From: an uncultured bacterium
GTDB taxonomy: Bacteria > Acidobacteriota > Thermoanaerobaculia > Multivoradales > JAHEKO01
DNA length: 17,010 nucleotides
Assembly: GCA_938016625.1 (NCBI GenBank)
Contig: CALILB010000379.1
Span: 1 to 17,010 of the forward strand
Direction of reading: 5' to 3'
In this document: positions 7,557 to 14,744 of the stretch, piece by piece
Layout: every line of letters starts with the position of its first letter
How positions within the stretch are numbered: the first letter of the stretch is position 1
Program-made: the position numbers and the translations under genes
Notes under the pieces: model-generated
Told to the model about the DNA's origin: nothing
Databases searched by the model: none
The model's input: the letters and a program-made list of their open reading frames with translations, nothing else

Positions 7557-8619
7557 GCCGGACGCGATGCGGCCGGTGATGGAGGCCACTCGCAGAGCCC
7601 GCCAGATAGGCTTTGGACCTCAGGAGGCCCAGGCGATCTCCACAGCGGTGTCAGAGCTCGCGAGGAACATCTTGAAGTATGCGAGTACTGGAGAGGTGAT
7701 CATCGAGGAGACGCAAAGCGGGCGGCGTAAGGGCCTTCAAATCACTGCGCGCGACCGCGGTCCGGGCATCGCCGATGTCGAGTCCGCCATGCGGGATCAT
7801 TTCAGCTCGGGGGGAACCCTCGGTCTGGGTCTGCCGGGTGTCAAGCGGATGATGGATGAGTTCGAGATCGATTCCGCACCCGGCCGCGGCACCCGAGTCG
7901 TGATTCGCAAGTGGCTAGGGCCCCACGGTGATCTTGGAAGGTCCCGTCTCCGCGAGGCCTTGAAGAGATCGGGGGAGGGGCGGACCGGCGGCCAGATCAG
8001 CAGTGGCGCACTCACAAGCGGCGAGACCAAGGCTGCGGCCGGAGTCGACTGCGCGTTTTTCATTCGCCCCTGCCGAGGAGAGCGCGTCAGCGGTGACGCA
8101 GCCGTCATCGAGCAGCGCGAAGGCTTTATCTTCGCTGCCCTCATCGATGCCTTGGGTCATGGGCCTTCCGCCCACCGGATCGCCGTGCAGGGAGCGGCTT
8201 ACCTGAAAGAGTCGTGGACTTCAGATGTCCTTGCCACCCTCCATGGGCTCCACGATGCACTTCGCGGCACCGAGGGGGCCGCTGCAGGGCTCTGTGTGCT
8301 GGAGGTCGCTACGAGCACGGTGCGTTATGCGGGCGTCGGAAACACGGTTATCCGCAGCTTCGGCTCGCGAGAGGAGCGTCTCTACTCAGCGGCCGGCACC
8401 CTGGGCCATCAGATGCGCACCCCCAAGGAGCAACGTCTGGTGGTCACTCCCGGCGATGTCCTCATGCTCTACTCTGACGGCATCAAGGAACGGTTCGAGC
8501 TGGACGATTATCCACAGCTCAGGTATCAGAAATCACGCACCATCGCGAAGACCGTAGTGGAGCGATTCGGCAAGGACCACGACGACGCCGGCTGCGTGGT
8601 ATTGAGAATCGAATCATGA
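7519..8619 (+). CDS. Fusion protein. N-terminal RsbT-type GHKL serine kinase (stressosome switch kinase). A ~40-aa G/S-rich linker follows. C-terminal RsbX-like PP2C feedback phosphatase. The start could instead be ATG 7567.
   Basis: The N-domain is VRLQIRSEPDAMRPVMEATRRARQIGFGPQEAQAISTAVSELARNILKYAS...ITARDRGPGIADVESAMRDHFSSGGTLGLGLPGVKRMMDEF, matching B. subtilis RsbT including the G1/G2 ATP-lid boxes. The C-domain is CRGERVSGDAAVIEQREGFIFAALIDALGHGPSA...YAGVGNTVIRSF...VLMLYSDGI, matching B. subtilis RsbX motifs (CGDSFF..ELICAVADGLGSGSLA, YCSVGNVRFIL, IIHTDGL). The single uninterrupted frame 7282..8619 is in the six-frame track. Its 3' end overlaps the next ATG (ATGA). Confidence 0.8.
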   Translation: MSSRSVRLQIRSEPDAMRPVMEATRRARQIGFGPQEAQAISTAVSELARNILKYASTGEVIIEETQSGRRKGLQITARDRGPGIADVESAMRDHFSSGGTLGLGLPGVKRMMDEFEIDSAPGRGTRVVIRKWLGPHGDLGRSRLREALKRSGEGRTGGQISSGALTSGETKAAAGVDCAFFIRPCRGERVSGDAAVIEQREGFIFAALIDALGHGPSAHRIAVQGAAYLKESWTSDVLATLHGLHDALRGTEGAAAGLCVLEVATSTVRYAGVGNTVIRSFGSREERLYSAAGTLGHQMRTPKEQRLVVTPGDVLMLYSDGIKERFELDDYPQLRYQKSRTIAKTVVERFGKDHDDAGCVVLRIES

Positions 8620-10283
8620 TTCCCCTCGGAAGCATTGCTATCAGACAATCGGCGTCGATTCTCGAAGCCCGAAACAAGATCCGGACAGTGGCCGAGACGG
8701 TTCTGCATGATGCTGTGGGCGCCACTCGCGTAGCCACGGCGACTTCGGAGATAGCCCGGCTCCTGCTGCGCGAAGGAAACGATTCCCGCATTGATGTGGG
8801 CCTCGACATCCAAGCTCGAGCCCGTTGGCTGGTGATCGATTTCATCGGCCATCAATCGCTGTCCGGGGTGAACGAACTGGCGGGATTATTCGACGAGGTC
8901 GACGGACCCTATGATGTCAGCGGCGAGAACCTCGTCCGGGGCCTGGTGTCGCTTCCAGGTAGCGGCTTGCCCGACGAGGGATCGATCGCCACACTCCGGT
9001 CGGTGGTGGAAAAGAAGGGCCGGGACGAGCTGATCGCCGAAATCCAGATCAAGAACGTCGAGCTGCAGGATTCACTGGACAACTTGAGACGGGAGCGGTC
9101 GGCCAAGGAGCGGATGGAGAGCGAGCTCAACATCGGCCGCGAGATCCAGATGAGCATGCTGCCGCTCTCCTTCCCCGCCTTCCCAGACCGTACCGACTTC
9201 GACGTCCATGCTTCTCTCTATCCCGCGCGTGAGGTCGGCGGTGACTTCTACGATCTGTTTCTGATCGACAACCAGCATTTCTGCTTCTGTGTCGGCGACG
9301 TGTCGGGGAAGGGAGTGCCGGCGGCGCTCTTCATGGCGGTGACCAAGACCCTGATCAAGTCGCGAGCCGCGAACGACCTCTCGCCGGCGAGCATCTTGAG
9401 CCACGTCAACACTGAGTTGAGTCATCGCAACGAATCCTGCATGTTCGTGACCATATTCCTGGCCATCCTCGATCTCGAGATCGGTGAAATGGTCTACACC
9501 AATGCCGGACATAATCCACCTTACGTCAAGCGTGCCGATGGCAGTCTCCTGCGCCTCGATAGCCGGCATGGTCCGATCGTCGGTGCCGCAGAGGGTCTGG
9601 CCTATCGAGAGGACAGGGAAGGCCTCAGTCCCGGAGACCTCGTTTTTCTTTACACGGATGGGGTTACGGAGGCCATGAACGAGGAAAGTCAGCTCTATAC
9701 CGAAGACAGACTCAAAGGGCTTCTCTCGAATCACCCTTGCAGCTCGGTCGAGGAATCGGTCCGGGTCAGCGTGGATGACGTGTGGGATTTTCAGGGCGAG
9801 GCCGAACAGGCCGATGATATTACGGTAATGACCGTGTCCTACTCCGGGCCGAGTGAAGATGTGGAGTCGAACCGACTCGAGCTGAGAGCTGTTAATCGAC
9901 TCGAAGAGATCGCTCGTGTCAATGAGAGCTTCAACCAGTTCGCCCGGGAGCATGGGATACCGGATGCGATCAGACGGAAGATCAATCTCGTCTTCGATGA
10001 GCTGCTCAACAACATCATCTCCTACGCCTACGGGGACGATGACGAGCATCTCATGGAGATCGTCATCTCATTGGTGAACGGTCGCCTCGTCACCACGATT
10101 AGCGACGATGGTCGGGCTTTCAATCCCTTCGAAAGCGAAGCTCCGGATACCGGACTCTCGGTCGATGAACGTCCCATCGGAGGTCTGGGTGTACACCTCG
10201 TGCGAAGTGTGATGGACACGGTGAAATACGAGCGGCACGGCAGGAGAAACGTCGTGACCCTGGAAAAGATCGTCGAGCAGTAA
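8616..10283 (+). CDS. Fusion protein. An N-terminal ~150-aa domain of uncertain identity (possibly a degenerate RsbT-like domain lacking ATP-lid motifs). Then an RsbU-type PP2C (SpoIIE-family) phosphatase. Then a C-terminal RsbW/SpoIIAB-type GHKL anti-sigma-factor kinase.
   Basis: The PP2C core is MESELNIGREIQMSMLP...GGDFYDLF...FCFCVGDVSGKGVPAALFMAVTK...SCMFVTIFLAILD...YTNAGHNPP...LVFLYTDGVTEA...ADDITVMTVSY, matching B. subtilis RsbU motif by motif. The C-terminal 140 aa is LELRAVNRLEEIARVNESFNQFAREHGIP...INLVFDELLNNIISYAY...LVTTISDDGRAFNPFE...IGGLGVHLVRSVMDTVKYERHGRRNVVTLEK, matching RsbW. The ATG overlaps the upstream stop. Confidence 0.85.
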   Translation: MIPLGSIAIRQSASILEARNKIRTVAETVLHDAVGATRVATATSEIARLLLREGNDSRIDVGLDIQARARWLVIDFIGHQSLSGVNELAGLFDEVDGPYDVSGENLVRGLVSLPGSGLPDEGSIATLRSVVEKKGRDELIAEIQIKNVELQDSLDNLRRERSAKERMESELNIGREIQMSMLPLSFPAFPDRTDFDVHASLYPAREVGGDFYDLFLIDNQHFCFCVGDVSGKGVPAALFMAVTKTLIKSRAANDLSPASILSHVNTELSHRNESCMFVTIFLAILDLEIGEMVYTNAGHNPPYVKRADGSLLRLDSRHGPIVGAAEGLAYREDREGLSPGDLVFLYTDGVTEAMNEESQLYTEDRLKGLLSNHPCSSVEESVRVSVDDVWDFQGEAEQADDITVMTVSYSGPSEDVESNRLELRAVNRLEEIARVNESFNQFAREHGIPDAIRRKINLVFDELLNNIISYAYGDDDEHLMEIVISLVNGRLVTTISDDGRAFNPFESEAPDTGLSVDERPIGGLGVHLVRSVMDTVKYERHGRRNVVTLEKIVEQ

Positions 10284-10323
10284 AGCAAGAGGGATCAAAC
10301 ATGTATTCAAAAGAGGTGTGGCT

Positions 10324-10656
10324 ATGAAAATGGAAACCACTGCGGTGGACTCGGTTACGGTTGTACGCTGCGAGGGCAATCTCGACACCAACACCTCGGT
10401 CGAGGCCCAGGACACCTTGAACCAGCTCATGGATGATGGGGCCGCCAAGATATTGATCGATTTCGAAAAGGTCGATTTCGTCAGCAGTGCCGGACTCCGG
10501 ATACTGCTCGCTAGTGCAAAGCGCCTGAGCTCATCCGGAGGTGGTCTACGCATCACCGGCCTCAACGACGTCGTCAACGAGGTCTTCGAGATTTCGGGCT
10601 TCAGCACGATCCTCGACGTTTTCGCCTCGGAGGAAGAGGCGCTCCAGGGCTTCTGA
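10324..10656 (+). CDS. rsbV: RsbV/SpoIIAA-type anti-sigma-factor antagonist: a single STAS domain with a conserved phosphorylatable Ser in the DFVSSAGLRIL motif.
   Basis: The 110-aa protein MKMETTAVDSVTVVRCEGNLDTNTSVEAQDTLNQLMDDGAAKILIDFEKVDFVSSAGLRILLASAKRL...LRITGLNDVVNEVFEISGFSTILDVFASEEEA is the classic SpoIIAA fold signature. The RBS AAGAGG lies 7 nt upstream of ATG 10324. The six-frame track begins at in-frame GTG 10318. Confidence 0.85.
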   Translation: MKMETTAVDSVTVVRCEGNLDTNTSVEAQDTLNQLMDDGAAKILIDFEKVDFVSSAGLRILLASAKRLSSSGGGLRITGLNDVVNEVFEISGFSTILDVFASEEEALQGF

Positions 10657-10746
10657 GGGGTACCTGCCTCCTCGAAGACTCTCGACGACGCATCCAGTGT
10701 TCAGAAAGCTCTCCAGGTGCCGGTGTCCTGAGAAAGCACCACCACG

Positions 10747-12123
10747 ATGACGATCAGTGAGAGCTCGCGGCTCCGGACCGGATGGGATCTGCTGATCCTG
10801 GTGCTGGTTCTTCTAAGCTGTCTGCTGGTTCCTTTTCAGATCGCTTTCCGGCATCAGGTGAACCTCGCAGGGTCGGTTCTTCTCTATTTGATCGACCTCT
10901 TCTTTCTGCTGGACATCTTTCTCAACTTCCACACCACCTTCCGGCGCCAGGGTGCCGAGGTCACCGATCCCGGTGAGATAGCCCGGCACTACCTCGGAAC
11001 CCTCTTTCTCGTCGATCTGCTGGCGGCGTTACCGTTCGATGCCCTCCTGCTCCCGTGGAGAGGCGTCGAGATCGGCGGAGTCTCGGTCGTCCTGCTGGCG
11101 AGGCTGCTGCGCCTGCTCCGCGTCGTCCGCCTGTTTGCCATCCTCAGACGGTGGCAGCGACAGAATTGGACCAACGCAGGTTTCTTGCGCATCGCCAAGC
11201 TAGCGGCAGTCATTCTCCTCCTGACCCACTGGATCGCCTGTGCCTGGTTTCTGATTCCTTACATGGAAGGTTTTCCCGAGGACTCGTGGGTCGTGACCGA
11301 GGGAATCGATGAGGCGGAACCGGTGTCGCAGTATGTCCGCTCTCTCTACTGGGCCATCGTCACCATGACGAGTGTGGGTTACGGGGACATCACACCGGTC
11401 CGCAATACCGAGTATCTCTTCACCATGCTGGCCATCGCGGTGGGCGCCTCGATCTACGCCTTTGTCATCGGCAACATCGCATCGCTGCTCAGCAATCTCG
11501 ATCGCGCCAAAGCGAGCTTCTGGAACCGGGCGGAGACGGCCAATCAGTACCTCCGCAGCCGGCGCGCCCCGTCCAGACTGAGCGAGCACATTCGGGACTA
11601 CTACGAGTACGTGTGGGAGAGGTACCGGGGGATGAGCGAGCAGGAGCTCTTTGGCGATCTTCCGGGTCCGGTGAGGCTCGAGATTCTCCTCCACCTGACT
11701 CGAGATCTGCTGGAGCAGGTGCCACTGTTCCGCCACTGCACCCCGGCACTCCGCAACGCGTTGCTCATGGCGTTGAGGCCACAGGTCTTCGGACCGGACG
11801 GATACATAGTCAGGGAGGGGGAGGTCGGGAACGAGATCGTCTTCATCAGCCGGGGTACGGTGGAGATCCTTACTGAAGAAAGAAAGAAGTCCCACGGCAA
11901 CCTGGGCAGTGGCGAGTACTTCGGCGATCTGTCGATGCTGCTGGGGGAGCGGCGAACGGCGTCGGTGCGGGCAGTGACATACTGTGACGTGTTCGTTCTG
12001 GCGCGAGAGGACTTCGACAGGATCAAGAGCGAGTACGAGGAGTTCAAGGAGATTCTGAAGACCATCTCCTCGGAAAAGTCGGAGCGCCTGTCTGCGCTTG
12101 TTCTGGACGGCGTGGTCCTCTAG
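10747..12123 (+). CDS. Cyclic-nucleotide-binding-domain-containing voltage-sensor K+ channel (6TM; S4 with regularly spaced Arg; TSVGYGD selectivity filter; C-terminal CNBD with intact phosphate-binding cassette).
   Basis: S1-S3 are hydrophobic segments. S4 is VVLLARLLRLLRVVRLFAILRR. The pore helix plus filter is YWAIVTMTSVGYGDITPV (nt 11368-11388 encode TSVGYGD). The CNBD is VPLFRHC..LRNALLMALRPQVFGPDGYIVREGEVGNEIVFISRGTVEI...GSGEYFGDLSMLLGERRTASVRAVT, with Glu and Arg-Thr of the phosphate-binding cassette present. Confidence 0.9.
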   Translation: MTISESSRLRTGWDLLILVLVLLSCLLVPFQIAFRHQVNLAGSVLLYLIDLFFLLDIFLNFHTTFRRQGAEVTDPGEIARHYLGTLFLVDLLAALPFDALLLPWRGVEIGGVSVVLLARLLRLLRVVRLFAILRRWQRQNWTNAGFLRIAKLAAVILLLTHWIACAWFLIPYMEGFPEDSWVVTEGIDEAEPVSQYVRSLYWAIVTMTSVGYGDITPVRNTEYLFTMLAIAVGASIYAFVIGNIASLLSNLDRAKASFWNRAETANQYLRSRRAPSRLSEHIRDYYEYVWERYRGMSEQELFGDLPGPVRLEILLHLTRDLLEQVPLFRHCTPALRNALLMALRPQVFGPDGYIVREGEVGNEIVFISRGTVEILTEERKKSHGNLGSGEYFGDLSMLLGERRTASVRAVTYCDVFVLAREDFDRIKSEYEEFKEILKTISSEKSERLSALVLDGVVL

Positions 12124-12137
12124 ACGATCGAGAATCG

Positions 12138-14738
12138 ATGAGCACGATCATCATCGGCGACGGTCTGACCCGCGAGGTTCTGAGCCCCGAGCTTCCCTAC
12201 CGGGAATCGAGGCAAAACATCGGACAGGCGGAAGTCACGCGGCTGCTGGGCAGAGGCAGGAGCTTCGGCGAGGGTCCGCTGCCTCTATTCCTGCGGCGGG
12301 CGGTAGAGGACGGAGATGATGGTGGAGGTGGGGGAGTCATCTTCTTGGCCACCCTCCCCGACTCCGAAGTCGACGGAAAACCTTCCGGGGAGTCACCCGG
12401 CCCCGAGGTTTTCGTCGATCCGCTACAGGATCTGGCTAGGCAGGTGAGAGTTGTTTCCACCTCGACGGATTCCCTTCCCTGGCAGGAGCTCATGACCACG
12501 ATCGAGGCGCTTGGTGGCTCCGAGGAGGCTCGCCTGAGCTCGGAACAGGGTGAGCTCCGATTCCTGGTGGTCGGTTGTCACACCGAGCAACGAATCATGG
12601 CGATTGCTTCATTTCTCAAGAATGTCCTCGGGTACGAGCGCGTCGGTGTGGCTTCTCATCTAGTGGGTAGCGCCACACCAGCCGGTCATTTCGCGGCGCT
12701 GAGGCATAATCTGCCCGGCGCCGGCGTCGAAGTCATCCTCGACCTGGAAGAGGCCGCAACTTTCGCAGGGCTCGACCCTGCGCCGTTCGGACCCCTCGGC
12801 TACCGCCCCTGTGCTCTGGAGCTGCCCGACGAAGAGACATCGCTCGCCGCGGAACAGAGGCGCATCGTCGAGCTTCTCTGTCTGCACTGGACGAGGGCCC
12901 GCCTGCGACCGCTGGCCGGGGGCTTCAGCGGCAGCCTGCTGCTGTTGGCGGATGGATGGAAAGGCGAGGCCCGGACCGAGCCCCTGGTCCTCAAGATCGA
13001 TGCCTTCTCGCAGATGCGGCGTGAGTTGGATGGGTACCACCTGGTCAAGGACTTCTTTGGCAAGCATGTGCCCACTTTCTCCTATCCAGTGGCGGATGGC
13101 GACCTCATCGGCGTCGGGATGGAGCTGGCGGCCATGGAGGGGCGGCCGCGGACACTCCAGGATGCTTTCGAGGAGGCCGAGGACGAGGAGAGCCTGGGTC
13201 GTTTTATGCGCCAGCTGGACAAATCCCTGGTTCTCCTTTCCGAGAAGCTCTATAGCAACACCCGGGAGGAATCCGGGGTCGTGCCTTACCGTGTGTTCGG
13301 TCTCCATGCCAAAAAGCAACAGAAATGGCTGCGGCAGAACGGCGAGCTGACCCTCTCCTACCTCGAGACCGAGCTGCAAAACGAAGCGAAGCCCAACCCT
13401 CAGCAACTGGCAAAACTTCTCGGGGTAGTCGCCTCGAACGAGGACAGCGTCGACAGCGAAGTCTGCCTCAGCCATGGCGACCTGAACTTTGCCAACGTCA
13501 TCTGCGACCAGGCCGACAACATCTGGTTTATCGATTGGACACACAGCGGCTACGCCCCGGTCGAGCTCGATTTCGCCAAGCTGGAGTCGGATGCCAAGTT
13601 CGTGATGAGCAAGGAATTCGAACCCGAGGACCTACAACGGCTCAAGAAGCTTGAGGAGTATCTAGCCTCACACCGTCTACCCGCCGACGCCAATTCGCTC
13701 CCTGAAAGCCTGAAGTTCGCCAAGTGGGACCTGCGATTTCGCAAGATTCTCGGGGCCGTCAGACGAATCCGCGAGACCTGCTTTTCCCTCAAGGAGACCG
13801 ACGACTGGCTGGTCTACCGGATCGCCCTCTTGCGCTACGCCCTGCACACGCTCAGCTTCGACAAACGCCGAGACCGAGGCGAGTGCGAGCCAACACAGCT
13901 CATGCAGGCTCTCTATTCGGTGGAATGCCTGATCTTCGATCTCGTGGCCGACGACTTTCATCTGAAGACCCGGGGAGAGCGGCCACCCGTCTATCCGCCT
14001 CGGCTCAGAGTTTCCATCGACGAGGCGCCGTGGATGTTGGACAGCCCCGGCTACGATCCTCCCTTCTACGTCGATCCCTCGGTCACCCAGAACGAGCGGG
14101 ACGGCGGCGCGGGCGGCTGGGCCGATCCGGGGGACTTCGAGCAGGTCAAGGAAGAGCCGAGGATCCAGGCGGCCAAGTTCAAAGACGACAGCGGCAAACC
14201 GCTCAACCCCCGGGGCCGAACCGGAATCGCGGGTCGTGGACTGCTCGGGCTGTGGGGCCCCAACCTTTCGGTGGCCGTCAACCTGGTGCGCACCAACGAG
14301 GCGACCGGGGAGTTGGAGATTCTCCTGGGGAACAAGGAGGGGGGGCAGGATCTGGAGCTTCCCAAGGGGTTTGTCCTGCCGGGCGAGGAGCCCGACGAGG
14401 CGGTGGCTCGGGTGCTCGAGAGCGAGACCGGGTGGCGACCCTCGGGCCTCGATTCGGAAGTGGTTTTCGAGGGCTACACCTACGATCCCCGGGAGACCGA
14501 CAATGCCTGGGTCGAGAGCCGGGTATCCTTGATCGTGGCCGGCAGTGACCTGCGGCGCAGCACCTTTCGACCGGGTGGCGAGTTCGACGAGGTCAAGTGG
14601 TGGCCGCTCGAGGCCGAGACCATTAACCGGGTCCCCTCCGGCCAGGCCCGCTTCGTCAGAGAGTCTCTCACCCGGCTGATGGAGGCGGGCCACCTGGACA
14701 AAGCCACGGCCGAGAATCTGCTGACCGCTACAGGGTGA
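12138..14738 (+). CDS. Large multidomain protein. The ~210-aa N-terminal domain is of uncertain fold (weak resemblance to the isochorismatase / cysteine-hydrolase Rossmann core, but with Arg where the catalytic Cys would be). The central domain is an APH / choline-kinase-fold small-molecule phosphotransferase. The C-terminal domain is a NUDT9-like Nudix hydrolase (ADP-ribose pyrophosphatase-like).
   Basis: The kinase has a G-rich loop RPLAGGFSGSLLLL and a VLKI beta3 Lys, then the catalytic loop CLSHGDLNFANVICD and the IDWTHSG metal-binding motif (nt ~13474-13520). The Nudix domain reads GRTGIAGRGLLGLWGPNLSVAVNLVR and has the Nudix box GFVLPGEEPDEAVARVLESETGW (nt ~14367-14435). The N-domain has FLVVGCHTEQRIMAIASFLKNVLGYERVGVASHLVGS. 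The start is 14 bp after the channel stop, with no terminator evident. Confidence 0.8.
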   Translation: MSTIIIGDGLTREVLSPELPYRESRQNIGQAEVTRLLGRGRSFGEGPLPLFLRRAVEDGDDGGGGGVIFLATLPDSEVDGKPSGESPGPEVFVDPLQDLARQVRVVSTSTDSLPWQELMTTIEALGGSEEARLSSEQGELRFLVVGCHTEQRIMAIASFLKNVLGYERVGVASHLVGSATPAGHFAALRHNLPGAGVEVILDLEEAATFAGLDPAPFGPLGYRPCALELPDEETSLAAEQRRIVELLCLHWTRARLRPLAGGFSGSLLLLADGWKGEARTEPLVLKIDAFSQMRRELDGYHLVKDFFGKHVPTFSYPVADGDLIGVGMELAAMEGRPRTLQDAFEEAEDEESLGRFMRQLDKSLVLLSEKLYSNTREESGVVPYRVFGLHAKKQQKWLRQNGELTLSYLETELQNEAKPNPQQLAKLLGVVASNEDSVDSEVCLSHGDLNFANVICDQADNIWFIDWTHSGYAPVELDFAKLESDAKFVMSKEFEPEDLQRLKKLEEYLASHRLPADANSLPESLKFAKWDLRFRKILGAVRRIRETCFSLKETDDWLVYRIALLRYALHTLSFDKRRDRGECEPTQLMQALYSVECLIFDLVADDFHLKTRGERPPVYPPRLRVSIDEAPWMLDSPGYDPPFYVDPSVTQNERDGGAGGWADPGDFEQVKEEPRIQAAKFKDDSGKPLNPRGRTGIAGRGLLGLWGPNLSVAVNLVRTNEATGELEILLGNKEGGQDLELPKGFVLPGEEPDEAVARVLESETGWRPSGLDSEVVFEGYTYDPRETDNAWVESRVSLIVAGSDLRRSTFRPGGEFDEVKWWPLEAETINRVPSGQARFVRESLTRLMEAGHLDKATAENLLTATG

Positions 14739-14744
14739 TTGTCG

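Noticed and set aside
10301-10326. Tiny 8-codon ORF (MYSKEVWL) whose stop overlaps the rsbV-like start.
   Set aside because: It is too short and lacks an RBS of its own. It is most likely incidental sequence in the 40-bp spacer that carries the rsbV RBS.
4311-10656. Impression that the rsb module uses more AGA/AGG/ATA/CTA/TTA codons than amt-glnA, which could indicate horizontal acquisition.
   Set aside because: I could not quantify codon usage or GC3 without computation, and the impression may be biased by the few codons I read. It should be tested with a windowed GC3/codon-adaptation calculation before any claim is made.
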